From contig CBDANF010000003.1 in the NCBI GenBank assembly GCA_965197475.1, forward strand, positions 1,760,001 through 1,824,000: DNA of 64,000 nt, in the 5' to 3' direction. Each line of letters opens with the position of its first letter. Within the stretch, counting starts at the first letter, position 1. Below are positions 38,900-49,684 of the stretch, one piece after another. The stretch is from Candidatus Poribacteria bacterium. Lineage in GTDB: Bacteria > Poribacteria > WGA-4E > WGA-3G. The position numbers and the translations under genes are program-made. The notes beneath the pieces are model-generated. The model had not been told where the DNA came from, ran no database searches, and saw nothing but the letters and a program-made list of their open reading frames with translations.

Positions 38900-39247
38900 A
38901 TGGCAACCACAGTTCGCTACAAAGATGGTGTGACAATTTTGGAACCGTCAGGAAAAATTATGGGCATTGGGGTATCCGAACTGAGAGAAGTTATTACAGC
39001 TGAGGTAGATGCCTCCGATACACCAAGAATTCTGATTGACTTTGAAAAAGTCAACATGATGGACAGTTCTGGTCTTGGAACGCTCATGGGAGCCCATGTC
39101 ACAATTACCCGGCAGGGCGGCAGAGTTGGTGTTATCAATGTTGGAAAGAATATCAAAAACCTGATTGTGCGCAGTCGGCTTGCGAGTATCTTTGAACATT
39201 TTACCACCGAAGATGAAGCTGTCTCGACGTTAAGCAGCGAAACCTAA
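38900..39247 (+). CDS. STAS anti-sigma-factor antagonist
   Basis: IDFEKVNMMDSSGLG phosphoacceptor motif. Confidence 0.9.
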   Translation: MATTVRYKDGVTILEPSGKIMGIGVSELREVITAEVDASDTPRILIDFEKVNMMDSSGLGTLMGAHVTITRQGGRVGVINVGKNIKNLIVRSRLASIFEHFTTEDEAVSTLSSET

Positions 39248-39287
39248 TACACATTTTCGTTATCGCAGTAACTTGGAGGCTGCACCA

Positions 39288-39654
39288 ATGGCGGTCATTC
39301 AATCAGAACGAGACGGTGTATTCATTTTCAAACTTGATGGTAGGATTATAGCACCTGATATCCAAGAGTTAACAGATATCGTTCAAAAAACCCTATCACA
39401 GATAAATGACGCACCGAAACTTGTCTTTGACTTTCAAAGACGTTACCAGTATGGATAGTTCAGGGCTTGGTGTGCTGATGAAAATCTATGCCGATATACA
39501 CCCACGCGGCGGAACAATTGCTGTGATTAATGTCAACAAACATGTCAAAAACCTTATTGTCATGGCGAGACTTATCACGGTTTTTCGGAACTTTGAGAAT
39601 GAAGACGAAGCGGTTTGGACACTATTAAATCCTCCATCCAAACCGCCGCATTAA
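39288..39654 (+). CDS. STAS anti-sigma-factor antagonist (1-nt frameshift near 39432)
   Basis: MAVIQSERDG...LVFDF joins KDVTSMDSSGLG in the next frame. Confidence 0.8.
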
Positions 39655-39672
39655 TTTTGTAAGGGAAGATCC

Positions 39673-40434
39673 ATGATAAAAAATATCCTCGTTTCTATAG
39701 GCGATGCCGATTACGAAAGAAATGCCTTTGATTACGCAGGACAACTTGCTGTTCCTTTAGGAACACACCTCTCATGTGTCTTTTTTCAGGACAGTGCTCA
39801 CGGTGGCAGCACAGAAGTCGCTGAGGCAGTTTTGCACCGAACTGAAAAGGAATGTGCGCATTACGATTTTTTGGATTACCATATTGAAGCAGTCGCAGGA
39901 AACCCGCGGCAGATGATCTGTCAAAAAGCACATTCCGCTGATTTAGTCGTAGTAGGGCTCCCGGAAGAAATTAAAACACGTGGGTTAACACTCATTCAAA
40001 ACCAAATTGACGATGTCCTCACACATATTACTAAACCGATTATCATTGTGCATGAGCAGTGCACCTTATTACGTAAAATTTTAGCTGTTCATCATGGGGA
40101 TATTTATTCTGACCATGTCCTTTCCCTTGCTGCAGAAATTAGTGAATTGACTAAATCAAGCATCCTCGGCCTCGCGCTTTCTAATACCACACAAGAAGCA
40201 ACAGAGATAAAGCAACAGATGGGATCCTACTTACAATTCTACGATGTCCCTGCTGAATTTCTAACCGCCCTTGGATTCACAGTGACGAATATCTTGGAAA
40301 ACGCTGAAGCAAACGATTGCGATCTGATCGCCCTCAGTGCAAGCCATCACGGACGATTGTATGAGATGGTTTTCCAAAGTACCACACAAACAGTCGTTAA
40401 ACTTGCCAATCGTGCCGTTTTGGTAACCAAATAA
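39673..40434 (+). CDS. Tandem universal stress protein (USP)
   Basis: MIKNILV, ADLVVVG, CDLIAL and STTQTVV...VLV. Confidence 0.8.
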   Translation: MIKNILVSIGDADYERNAFDYAGQLAVPLGTHLSCVFFQDSAHGGSTEVAEAVLHRTEKECAHYDFLDYHIEAVAGNPRQMICQKAHSADLVVVGLPEEIKTRGLTLIQNQIDDVLTHITKPIIIVHEQCTLLRKILAVHHGDIYSDHVLSLAAEISELTKSSILGLALSNTTQEATEIKQQMGSYLQFYDVPAEFLTALGFTVTNILENAEANDCDLIALSASHHGRLYEMVFQSTTQTVVKLANRAVLVTK

Positions 40435-40453
40435 AAATAATGGGGGAACCCAC

Positions 40454-42733
40454 ATGGCACCTGCATCTGAAACTTTTGAAAACCTTCCTTTTTTTCAGAT
40501 GTCATCGGATATGCTCGGGTATATCTATCTTGACGGAAAACTTCTTCCACTCAACCCTGCTTGGGAACAAATTCTCGGCTTCACCCGTGCAGAACTCCAA
40601 ACACGACACTGGATAGAACTTGTCCACCCTGAAGACCGACAACCCACGGTCGAAGAAATCTCAAAACTGAAAACAGACTGCAATACCGTCTCTTTTGAGA
40701 ATCGCTTTCAGTGTAGTGATGGTGAGTACAAGAGGCTCCGCTGGACAGTACAGCCAGATACGGAAGACTCTCGCTATTGTGCTATCGCTCGGGATATTAC
40801 GAGACAAAAGAGGATTGAGGCAAAACTCCGCGAAAATGAAAAGCGGTTTAAGCAATTGGCACAAACCCATTCACAGGAAAGTGATTTCTTCCACACCCTT
40901 ATGGATAATAACCCCGACCATATATATTTTAAGGATATTGAGAGTAAATTTATCCGCATTAACCGCTCCCTCGCAAACCGATTCGGTCTGAAAAATCCTA
41001 TAGAAGCGATCGGAAAAAGCGACTTTGATTTTTTCACACGCGAGCATGCACAGCAAGCATATCAAGATGAACGAATCGTGATTGACACCGGTAAGCCACT
41101 TGAGGGAAAACAAGAAAAAGAAACCTGGCCGGATGGACAAGATACCTGGGTATCCACCACAAAAGTGCCAATTCGAGATAGAAGTGGAAGGATCAAAGGC
41201 ACATGCGGTATTTCTCGGGACATAACAGAGTATCATCGTGCGGATCAAGCACTCCGAGATTCTGAGGCAAAATGGCGGTCATTGGTTGAAAGTGCTCCTG
41301 ATATTATTTCAACGATGGACCTTAACTACCAGTTGCAGTTTATCAACCGTATTCCCGCAGGTGTTGACATCACAGAGGACGATCTCATAGGAGAAAGCGT
41401 TTTTGATTTTCTGACTTCGGAGCATCATGACGGATTTCGTCGAGCCTGTCAACAAGTTATTGAAACAGGTGAAGTCGCAGATTATGAAGTTCAAGGGAAA
41501 CTCAGTCGAAATTGGTATGCATCCTGGATCGCTCCTATCACACGCGATGGCGAAATAGTTGGATTTGTGATGACTTCAACGAATATCACCGCCAGGAAGC
41601 AAGCAGAAATCGAATTGCAGGAGAGTGAGGAACGTTTTCGACGGGCAGTCCTTAATGCTCCCCTACCGATTATGATTCATGTAGAAAATGGAGAGGTTAT
41701 CCTCATCAGTCGCGCCTGGACAGAACTTACAGGCTATACTTTTGAAGATATGACCACAGTTTCCAAATGGTTGGAACAAGCAAACAGTGAAATGAGCGAG
41801 GAAATTCAAGAATTCCTTGGACAAGCAAATCAGACAAAGAAACGGGTTGCGCCAGCACAATACGAAATTATGACGAAGGCAGGTAAAAAGCAGATATGGG
41901 AATTTAGTTCATCCCTACTCGGAATTCAGCCAGATGGAAAACGTAGCATCATTAGCATGGCACTTGACAATACGGATCGAATAAAAGCACAACAAGCCAT
42001 GCAAAGCGCAAAGGAAACAGCTGAATATGCAAGTAGAGCAAAAAGCGATTTTCTTGCCAATATGAGTCATGAATTGCGAACACCTTTGAACGCAATTATT
42101 GGATTCTCCGAAATTCTCAGAGACGAACTCGTCGGTCCAATTAATGATGAACAGAGGGAATGCGTCAGCGATATCCGCATGAGTGGGCAGCATCTACTCG
42201 CAATGATTAACGATATCTTGGACCTTTCAAAGATTGAAGCTGGCAAAATGTTCTTACAACTTGAGAAATTTGCTATCGTGGATGCCGTTGAGGAAGTAAA
42301 CGCAATCATCAAAGCATTAGCTCTCAAAAAGGATGTCGAACTTGCACTGACGTGCCAGCAAAACGCCACGATTGAAGCTGATCGCGTCAAAATGAAGCAG
42401 ATCTTTTACAATTTGCTTTCAAATGCTGTCAAGTTTACGCCAGAAGGCGGTAAAGTAACAACACAACTAAAAGTTACACCTACCGACTTACAAGTCAAAG
42501 TTATAGATACAGGAATAGGAATTGCTGAAGAAGATCAAATGAAACTTTTCGCGCCTTTTACACAAATTGACACTTCCAAATCGAGACGTTATGGAGGCAC
42601 CGGGCTTGGTCTTGCGCTGACCCAACGCTTAATTGAGTTACATGGGGGCGAAATCCGCGTTACAAGCGAAGAGGGAAAGGGAAGTACATTCTCCTTTAAT
42701 ATTCCTAAAAACCAGCCCGATAAAAGTGAATAG
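40454..42733 (+). CDS. Cytoplasmic multi-PAS sensor histidine kinase
   Basis: Four PAS/PAC domains, FLANMSHELRTPL, NLLSNAVKF, DTGIG and GGTGLGL. Confidence 0.93.
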   Translation: MAPASETFENLPFFQMSSDMLGYIYLDGKLLPLNPAWEQILGFTRAELQTRHWIELVHPEDRQPTVEEISKLKTDCNTVSFENRFQCSDGEYKRLRWTVQPDTEDSRYCAIARDITRQKRIEAKLRENEKRFKQLAQTHSQESDFFHTLMDNNPDHIYFKDIESKFIRINRSLANRFGLKNPIEAIGKSDFDFFTREHAQQAYQDERIVIDTGKPLEGKQEKETWPDGQDTWVSTTKVPIRDRSGRIKGTCGISRDITEYHRADQALRDSEAKWRSLVESAPDIISTMDLNYQLQFINRIPAGVDITEDDLIGESVFDFLTSEHHDGFRRACQQVIETGEVADYEVQGKLSRNWYASWIAPITRDGEIVGFVMTSTNITARKQAEIELQESEERFRRAVLNAPLPIMIHVENGEVILISRAWTELTGYTFEDMTTVSKWLEQANSEMSEEIQEFLGQANQTKKRVAPAQYEIMTKAGKKQIWEFSSSLLGIQPDGKRSIISMALDNTDRIKAQQAMQSAKETAEYASRAKSDFLANMSHELRTPLNAIIGFSEILRDELVGPINDEQRECVSDIRMSGQHLLAMINDILDLSKIEAGKMFLQLEKFAIVDAVEEVNAIIKALALKKDVELALTCQQNATIEADRVKMKQIFYNLLSNAVKFTPEGGKVTTQLKVTPTDLQVKVIDTGIGIAEEDQMKLFAPFTQIDTSKSRRYGGTGLGLALTQRLIELHGGEIRVTSEEGKGSTFSFNIPKNQPDKSE

Positions 42734-42934
42734 TTTTAGTATGCAGCGGCTCAGGAAACCAACAAAGAAAATCATAATCCAAAACACCTGTCCCCGCCAG
42801 TGTTCCTCTTATTGCATAAAACCTATAATCACTAATTATGGTAATTATTCTGATCAATATCTAACGAAGTTTGACACCTTCGTAAAATTCGCAACACAAT
42901 TTCTGCCGTATCGCCTGAGCATAGGAGCCATGGA

Positions 42935-43318
42935 TTGATTACTGAGAATCCGAAATCAATCTTAGTCATAGAAGACCAAGCGTTGAACCGAAAAGTTGTC
43001 CGCATTGTCCTTCAATCCGAAGGTTATGAGGTCATTAAAGCGATCAACGCAGACGAGGCACTAACGTGTTTAGAAGAGACTACCCCTGCCCTTATCTTAA
43101 TGGACATCGCACTGCCAGGACAGAGCGGTGAAGAATTAACCCGACAGATTAAAGCCAATCCGGAATGGTGTAACATACCGATTATTGCATTAACCGCCGC
43201 AGCAATGTCTGGTGACCGGGAACGGCTTCTCAAAGCAGGATGCGACGACTACCTCAGCAAGCCAATTGATACCCAAGTACTTTTAGAACGCGTTGCACAC
43301 CATCTTAAAGGAATATAA
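42935..43318 (+). CDS. Single-domain response regulator
   Basis: LVIED, LMDIALP, ALTA and SKP. Confidence 0.9.
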   Translation: MITENPKSILVIEDQALNRKVVRIVLQSEGYEVIKAINADEALTCLEETTPALILMDIALPGQSGEELTRQIKANPEWCNIPIIALTAAAMSGDRERLLKAGCDDYLSKPIDTQVLLERVAHHLKGI

Positions 43319-43322
43319 CGAC

Positions 43323-44483
43323 ATGAACTCTGAAGAATCAGCAAAAATCCTTGTTGTTGATGATGAACCTCGCAACGTCAAAATCCTTCAAATCCACCTT
43401 GAGGCGCGTGGTTACACCGTCCTCACTGCTGGCGATGGGGCAGAAGCGTTAGAGATTGTAACGAACGAACCGCCCGATCTTATCTTATTAGATATTAACA
43501 TGCCGAGATTGGACGGGTTTCAAGTCGTAGCAAGGGTTCGATCAGATAAGACGACAGAATTTATCCCTATCATCATGATAACCGCTCTGCGCGATACAGA
43601 AGAAAACCGAATTAAGGCGGTTGAGGCTGGGGCTGACGACTTTATAGAAAAACCTTTCAATAGTTTTGAAGTCTTGGCTCGGATTAGATCCCTCTTACGT
43701 ATTAAGCATTATCACGACACACTTGAGCAACACAATGCGCGCTTAGAGGCAGAGCTTCAAATGGCTCGAACCGTTCAAGAAATAATGATTCCCCAGAACG
43801 GTTCGCAAGATTTAGCAGGATTTCGTATAGCCTCACACTATTGTCCTGCGCTTGCAGTCGGTGGGGATTTTTTTGATTTATGGGAAATTGATGAAAATCG
43901 GGTAGGGGTACTAATTTCTGATGTGATGGGACATGGCGCGTCAGCTGCGCTCGTCACAGTCTTTATCAAAACAGTTTTAGCGGAACATCGGGAACAAATA
44001 GAGGATAATCCCGCTCGGCTATTGCACATCCTCAACACGCGGTTCAACGATATAATTAGTTCACGCTTATTTATGTTTGCAACTGCATTCTGCGGTGTTT
44101 TCGACCTGAAAAAAGAACAACTTGTCTGCGCCAACGCAGGACACCCATTACCTTTCTTGCAGCACACACCTCAGTCTAACTGCGAACTCATTACCGATAA
44201 ACATACCGGAAATGGTTTGGGCATTCACCGAGAATCCGTTTACGAAAATTGCTATTATTCATTTAGTGCGTCAAGCAGAGTTTTTCTTTATACCGATGGT
44301 GTTTACGAAGCCAAAAATCCGCAAGGTGAAGAATTTACTGCAGAACAACTACAAATTGTAGTAACGATGTGTGATGCTGAATCGCCAGTCCATCTTATCC
44401 AGCATGTTTCTAATACCATCACCGAATTTACGGATGCTCGTCCGAACGAGGATGACTTAACGCTTATTGCTATTCAGGGTTAA
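43323..44483 (+). CDS. Receiver-PP2C (SpoIIE/RsbU-like) phosphatase
   Basis: REC domain, then VGGDFFD, SDVMGHG, YTDGV and DDLT. Confidence 0.92.
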   Translation: MNSEESAKILVVDDEPRNVKILQIHLEARGYTVLTAGDGAEALEIVTNEPPDLILLDINMPRLDGFQVVARVRSDKTTEFIPIIMITALRDTEENRIKAVEAGADDFIEKPFNSFEVLARIRSLLRIKHYHDTLEQHNARLEAELQMARTVQEIMIPQNGSQDLAGFRIASHYCPALAVGGDFFDLWEIDENRVGVLISDVMGHGASAALVTVFIKTVLAEHREQIEDNPARLLHILNTRFNDIISSRLFMFATAFCGVFDLKKEQLVCANAGHPLPFLQHTPQSNCELITDKHTGNGLGIHRESVYENCYYSFSASSRVFLYTDGVYEAKNPQGEEFTAEQLQIVVTMCDAESPVHLIQHVSNTITEFTDARPNEDDLTLIAIQG

Positions 44484-44926
44484 CTTTCGTCTGTCTGAAC
44501 CTCTCGATAGAAAATAGCCGTTACATCTGTCCCGCCAACTGAATTTGATTGTAGTTTGTGAACATCCGTGAGACATTTTATTAGATACAAACCGTGCCCG
44601 CTTTCACCTGCGGGTGAACGTTTTTTCTGAATCTCTGTTAATCTCTCAGGTGTTAACCAATCATGCATATCATCTCTGCCTGTATCTCTGACGACAATTT
44701 CAAGCGCATGCGTATCCACAGAAATTGTTAATTGTATTCCGGACGATACACATGTGGATCCATGATAGACAGCGTTGCTACAGATTTCGTCAAGGACAAG
44801 TTGAATATCTGCTATGCGTTTCTTAGAAAACCTCAGTGTTTCAGACAATTTTCCGATAAATGCACGTACCGATTCAAGGTAATACACATCACTCGGCACT
44901 TTCAACTCAATATAGGCTTTTTCCAT
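44480..44926 (-). CDS. RsbW-like anti-sigma factor / Ser kinase
   Basis: EICSNAVYHG, DTG and GHGLYLI. Confidence 0.88.
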   Translation of the reverse strand: MEKAYIELKVPSDVYYLESVRAFIGKLSETLRFSKKRIADIQLVLDEICSNAVYHGSTCVSSGIQLTISVDTHALEIVVRDTGRDDMHDWLTPERLTEIQKKRSPAGESGHGLYLIKCLTDVHKLQSNSVGGTDVTAIFYREVQTDES

Positions 44927-44957
44927 AGACTAACACCAATTTTTAGTTAGACATTGA

Positions 44958-45311
44958 TTAAAAAGCCGCAATAGCACTCTTCTCAGATTCATAAATTTCA
45001 ACAACGCTGGATGCCCCAATGAGATTAAAAGTTCGGGTGAGGGTTGAGGCTAAGTTGCAAAGTTTAAGGTCGCCACCGTTTTGGCGAAGTCGTTTTGCGA
45101 TGCCTACTAACGTTCCTACCGCTGTACTGTTGATGTGACTAACTTCACTAAAATTCACTACAACCTTATCTACCTTTTCCATCAGAAGGTCCTCCAGAAC
45201 CTTCCGCAAATCCGAGGCGGCGTAGTTGCTTAAGTCAGTCTTTACATCAATGATTTTGATATCCCCATTCTCCCGAAGAGTCATAAATTCGGTCCCGGTC
45301 ATAAAAATCAC
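44958..45311 (-). CDS. RsbV-like STAS anti-anti-sigma factor
   Basis: VNFSEVSHINSTAVG and GGDLKL. Confidence 0.88.
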   Translation of the reverse strand: MIFMTGTEFMTLRENGDIKIIDVKTDLSNYAASDLRKVLEDLLMEKVDKVVVNFSEVSHINSTAVGTLVGIAKRLRQNGGDLKLCNLASTLTRTFNLIGASSVVEIYESEKSAIAAF

Positions 45312-45442
45312 CTTCCGTAGTTAAAATCCATATCTATATTTTAATCTAGATTCATTAAAAAATCAAGCCTTTTTTGAATCTATTATTCTATCAATTTAAA
45401 ATCTCAGCACCTCAGCTTTTAATCAAAAGTGAAAGATTATTG

Positions 45443-45471
45443 TTGCATTTCTATGCACATTGTGATATACT
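45443..45471 (+). promoter_or_regulatory. Sigma70-type promoter for rpsA
   Basis: TTGCAT-N17-TATACT. Confidence 0.5.
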
Positions 45472-45570
45472 ATTAAGTAACCGATTTGAAAGTGCCAGAT
45501 GCACTTCGCAACAAGGAGGAACTGGCGGACTTAACGCTGTTTTGCGTTTTTAGGAGACCCAGGTATCTTA

Positions 45571-48330
45571 ATGAATAACGATCAGACCCACACAGATGAA
45601 TCCACCGTTGACGTGGAAGAAGAAAAACAACCAGTTGAAGATTCAACTGAAGTCGTGTCCGATGAAGCAAATGAACAGGGAACATTGACACCGACAGATC
45701 AAGTTTCCGTAAATGAAGCTGAAGTTGAGATCGATGAGACTGAAGCAGCTGCTGATGATGGTGAGGCAGAGCAACAGGATCCCACAGATGATGAAACCAC
45801 GCAGACTAATTCAATAGATGACACTGCCGAGGTGACTGAGTCTGCAGAAAACACACCAACTGTTGAGGCTCAAAGCGACACACCGGAGACCGAATCTGAA
45901 GAATCTGCTAAAATTATTGAGGCCGAGAGTGATACATCAGAAGCCGAACCTGCAGAAGACACTCCGACTGCCGAAACCGAGAGCGACACATCAGAAGCCG
46001 AGCCTGCAGGAGACACTCTGACTGCTGAAGCCGAAAGTGACGCACCCGAAGTTGAGTCTGAAGCAGGGACACCGACTGCCGAAACCGAGAGCGACACATT
46101 AGAAGTCGAGCCTGCAGGAGACACTCTGACTGCCGAAGCCGAAAGTGACACATCAGAGGAACAAGATGCCGCAATGAGTCAGGAATCTCTTGAGGAGGCG
46201 TATGATAATTCACTCAAAGCGTTTACTGATGGCGAGATTGTCAAAGGGAGCGTAGTAGATATAAGTCGTGATGAAGTGATGATTGACATCGGCTTTAAAT
46301 CGGAAGGTTATATTCCGGCATCTGAGTTTGAATCAGGTGAAAACGATCTGCCCTCGGTCCAAGTAGGTGATGAGATTGATGTGTATATTGTCCGTAGGGA
46401 AGACTCAGAGGGACAAATTGTTCTTTCAAAGAAAATAGCCGACCAGACATTAGTTTGGGACGAAATTGCCACAGCTTATGAGAGCGGTTCACCAGTCGAA
46501 GGTCAGATAACAGAGCGGATTAAAGGTGGACTACGAGTAACTGTAGGTTCTTTGCGCGGATTTTTGCCTGCTTCCCAAGTTGAATTACGTCCTATTCAAA
46601 ATCTTGACCAATACATCGGGGAAACTTTCCAGATGAAGGTCATCAGTATGAGTAAACGTCGGCACAATATCGTTTTGTCCCGCAGGGCGTGGTTGGAAGC
46701 TGAAATGGCCGAGAAAAAAGAGGAAGTCCTGAAAACCCTTGAGATCGGTCAACTCATAACCGGGGTTGTGAAAAACATTACGACTTTTGGTGCATTCGTT
46801 GACCTTGGCGGTGTTGATGGATTACTCCATAAGACAGACATGGCATGGAAGCGCATTCATCATCCCTCCGAAATTGTCTCTATCGGTGACGAAATTGAAG
46901 TCCAAGTTATTGCTATCGGCAGAGAAAGCGATAAAATATCTCTGGGCTTGAAGCAGAAGACAGCCGACCCCTGGGAAAATGTTGAGGAAAAATTTCCTAT
47001 CGGTTCTAAAGTTTCCGGCGCAGTGGTGAATATCGTCAATTACGGTGTCTTTGTCCAAATTGAAGAAGCAGTTGAAGGATTAATCCATGTTTCAGAGATG
47101 GCATGGACTCGTCGTAACGTCGCGCCATCTCGTATTGTTAGCAAGGGTGATGAAATTGAGGCAATCGTCCTTGAAATTTCTAAGGAGGATAAACGGATTT
47201 CCTTAGGAATTAAACAATTACAACAAAACCCGTGGGAACTCTTAGAACAGAAGTACCCTGTCGGAACCAAGATTATGGGACGCATCCGAAACCTTACAAA
47301 CTTTGGCGCATTTGTTGAGATTGAGGAAGGTATTGACGGATTAATTCATACCTCTGACCTTTCATGGACGGATCGTGGCTCTAACCCACAGGAGGTATTG
47401 AAGGAAGGTGAAGAGGTTGAGGTAGTCGTCTTACAAATTGACGCTTCGGAAAGGCGTGTTTCATTAGGACTTAAGCAGACTCAACCCGATCCTTGGGATG
47501 AAGTCCCCGAAAAATATAAGGTTGGTTCTGTCGTACGCGGGAAGATTGTCAATTTGACCAGTTTTGGAGCTTTCACAAAACTTGAAGAAGGTATTGATGG
47601 ACTAATTCATATTTCTGAAATCGCTGACCGACGAATTGAAAGACCTGAAGAGGTTGTTTCTGTGGGAGATGAATTAGATGTGAAAGTCATCAATCTTGAT
47701 CCGAAAGGCAGGCGTATCGGCTTGAGTTTGAAAGCAGCGATAGCAGACCAAGAACGGGCATCAATGCCACAAGAACAACAACAAGAACGGCAAGAACGAC
47801 CCCGCCGTGAACGTTCTTCCGCACCGAGACGCGAACCCAGACGCTCCAAACCCGTTGAGGAAGAGGAAACCATGATGGGTGCTCTGCTCAAACAGGAAAT
47901 GGGAAAAAATAACGTTGAAAATCTAATAAGTTCTCAGGAGGTTGAAACCCCCGAGGACTCTCAGGAAACTAATAGTCCTGAGAACGCTCAAGAGGTTGAA
48001 CCCTCAGAGGACACTCAAGAGGTTGAAACCCCTGAGGACACTCAAGAGGTTGAACCCTCAGAGGACACTCAAGAGGTTGAACCCTCAGAGGACACTCAAG
48101 AGGTTGAAACCCCTGAGGACACTCAAGAGGTTGAACCCTCAGAGGACACTCAAGAGGTTGAAACCCCTGAGGACGCTCAAGAGGTTGAAACCCCCGAGGA
48201 CTCTCAGGAAACTGATAGTCCTGAGAACGCTCAAGAACCTGAAACCTCAGAGGACTCTCAGGAAACTGATAGTTCTGAGAACCCCGAAGACTCTAAGGAA
48301 CCTGATAATTCTGAGAACCCTGAGAATTAG
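45571..48330 (+). CDS. rpsA: 30S ribosomal protein S1 with long acidic N- and C-terminal extensions
   Basis: Six S1 domains (IDIGFKSEG, FLPASQV, FGAFVDLGGVDGLLH, GLIHVSE, GLIHTSD, GLIHISE). 919 aa. Confidence 0.93.
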   Translation: MNNDQTHTDESTVDVEEEKQPVEDSTEVVSDEANEQGTLTPTDQVSVNEAEVEIDETEAAADDGEAEQQDPTDDETTQTNSIDDTAEVTESAENTPTVEAQSDTPETESEESAKIIEAESDTSEAEPAEDTPTAETESDTSEAEPAGDTLTAEAESDAPEVESEAGTPTAETESDTLEVEPAGDTLTAEAESDTSEEQDAAMSQESLEEAYDNSLKAFTDGEIVKGSVVDISRDEVMIDIGFKSEGYIPASEFESGENDLPSVQVGDEIDVYIVRREDSEGQIVLSKKIADQTLVWDEIATAYESGSPVEGQITERIKGGLRVTVGSLRGFLPASQVELRPIQNLDQYIGETFQMKVISMSKRRHNIVLSRRAWLEAEMAEKKEEVLKTLEIGQLITGVVKNITTFGAFVDLGGVDGLLHKTDMAWKRIHHPSEIVSIGDEIEVQVIAIGRESDKISLGLKQKTADPWENVEEKFPIGSKVSGAVVNIVNYGVFVQIEEAVEGLIHVSEMAWTRRNVAPSRIVSKGDEIEAIVLEISKEDKRISLGIKQLQQNPWELLEQKYPVGTKIMGRIRNLTNFGAFVEIEEGIDGLIHTSDLSWTDRGSNPQEVLKEGEEVEVVVLQIDASERRVSLGLKQTQPDPWDEVPEKYKVGSVVRGKIVNLTSFGAFTKLEEGIDGLIHISEIADRRIERPEEVVSVGDELDVKVINLDPKGRRIGLSLKAAIADQERASMPQEQQQERQERPRRERSSAPRREPRRSKPVEEEETMMGALLKQEMGKNNVENLISSQEVETPEDSQETNSPENAQEVEPSEDTQEVETPEDTQEVEPSEDTQEVEPSEDTQEVETPEDTQEVEPSEDTQEVETPEDAQEVETPEDSQETDSPENAQEPETSEDSQETDSSENPEDSKEPDNSENPEN
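45919..46159 (+). repeat. 60-bp coding tandem repeat (about 4 x 20 aa) in the S1 N-terminal extension
   Basis: AE(A/T)ESDTSEAEPAGDTLT-type units. Confidence 0.8.
47933..48327 (+). repeat. 27-bp coding tandem repeat (about 14 x QEVE(T/P)(P/S)EDT) in the S1 C-terminal extension
   Basis: CAAGAGGTTGAA(A/C)CC(C/T)C(T/A)GAGGACACT units. Confidence 0.9.
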
Positions 48331-48548
48331 TGTTTTTTACGCGTTATCAGAAGGCAATGACTGCCTGAATTTCCTGCAAATGAGCCTCGTAAGTATAGTT
48401 TCCTATTCATAATATTAGGCATTTCTACGTAATATCGGTTCAGATATACACTGAGATGATTCTCTATAACGAGAATTTGGATGCTAAATTTATTTCGCAT
48501 GTGGCACATGGAGCACATGGAGGAAGATATGCTGACAGGAGAACCGAA

Positions 48549-49676
48549 TTGAGTCGTAATTTTTTGTTCACTTCCGAATCGGTCACAGAAGGACATCCGG
48601 ACAAACTCGCTGACCAAATTTCCGATGCTATTCTTGATGCTATTCTGACAGAAGACCCTCAAGGCAGAGTGGCGTGTGAAACGCTCGTAACGACAGGGCT
48701 TGCCATCATCGCTGGTGAAATTACAACAACTGCCAGTCCTAATCTGCAAGAAGTTGCCCGCGAAGTCATAGCAGACATCGGATATACTGATGCCAGCTAT
48801 GGCTTTGATGCTGAGCACAGCGCAGTATTAATAACTATTGACAAACAGTCACCTGACATTGCAATGGGTGTTAACCCTGGCGGAGCTGGCGACCAAGGCT
48901 TAATGTTCGGTTACGCTTGCACCGAAACATCGGAATTGATGCCTTTGCCGATTACTTTAGCGCACCAATTGACTCGGCGTTTAGCACAAGTTCGCAAAGA
49001 AGGTATTCTTGATTTCATCCGGCCCGATGGAAAATCTCAGGTAACGGTTGAATATGTTGATAATAAACCTACCTGTGTAACGACAATTGTCGTTTCATCA
49101 CAGCATCATCCTGATGTTGTAGATTCCGACCTGAAAGAAGGGATCATTGAAGAGGTTATCAAAAAAGTTATCCCCAAAGACCTTCTGAGTCCAGATATCG
49201 TATATCATATTAATCCAACAGGACGTTTTGTGACAGGGGGTCCTCACGGTGATGCCGGACTAACCGGTAGGAAGATTATCGTGGATACCTATGGTGGAAC
49301 GGGACGGCATGGTGGGGGTGCGCTTTCTGGTAAAGACGCAACAAAAGTTGACAGAAGTGCTGCTTACGCCGCACGCCACGCTGCCAAAAATTTAGTTGCT
49401 GCTGGATTAGCAGAACGTTGCGAAATCCAAATTGCCTATGCAATCGGGTGTAAAGCCCCTGTCTCAGTGATGGTTGATACTTTTGGAACAGGGGATGATG
49501 AAATGGCGGCTAAATTAGTCAACCAGCATTTTGATTTAACCCCGGAAGGCATCATTGACAGATTGAAACTACGTGAGCCGATATATAGAAATACCGCTGC
49601 TTATGGACACTTTGGACGCGCTGAACCGGGGTTCACGTGGGAAAAAACCGATTATGTCGAAAAACTTAAGGTGTAA
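48549..49676 (+). CDS. metK: S-adenosylmethionine synthetase
   Basis: [19 protein letters not shown] and [12 protein letters not shown] start after AGGAGA. Confidence 0.95.
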   Translation: MSRNFLFTSESVTEGHPDKLADQISDAILDAILTEDPQGRVACETLVTTGLAIIAGEITTTASPNLQEVAREVIADIGYTDASYGFDAEHSAVLITIDKQSPDIAMGVNPGGAGDQGLMFGYACTETSELMPLPITLAHQLTRRLAQVRKEGILDFIRPDGKSQVTVEYVDNKPTCVTTIVVSSQHHPDVVDSDLKEGIIEEVIKKVIPKDLLSPDIVYHINPTGRFVTGGPHGDAGLTGRKIIVDTYGGTGRHGGGALSGKDATKVDRSAAYAARHAAKNLVAAGLAERCEIQIAYAIGCKAPVSVMVDTFGTGDDEMAAKLVNQHFDLTPEGIIDRLKLREPIYRNTAAYGHFGRAEPGFTWEKTDYVEKLKV

Positions 49677-49684
49677 GGAGGACG

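Noticed and set aside
47933-48327. Regular 27-bp repeats as a CRISPR array
   Set aside because: No unique spacers, the repeats are in frame within rpsA, and there are no cas genes.
47942-48412. 156-aa basic repeat ORF (RTLKRL...)
   Set aside because: Alternate-frame read of the rpsA repeat with no RBS.
48331-48548. SAM riboswitch upstream of metK
   Set aside because: No recognisable SAM-I, SAM-II or SAH consensus by eye. An Rfam scan would be needed to exclude it fully.
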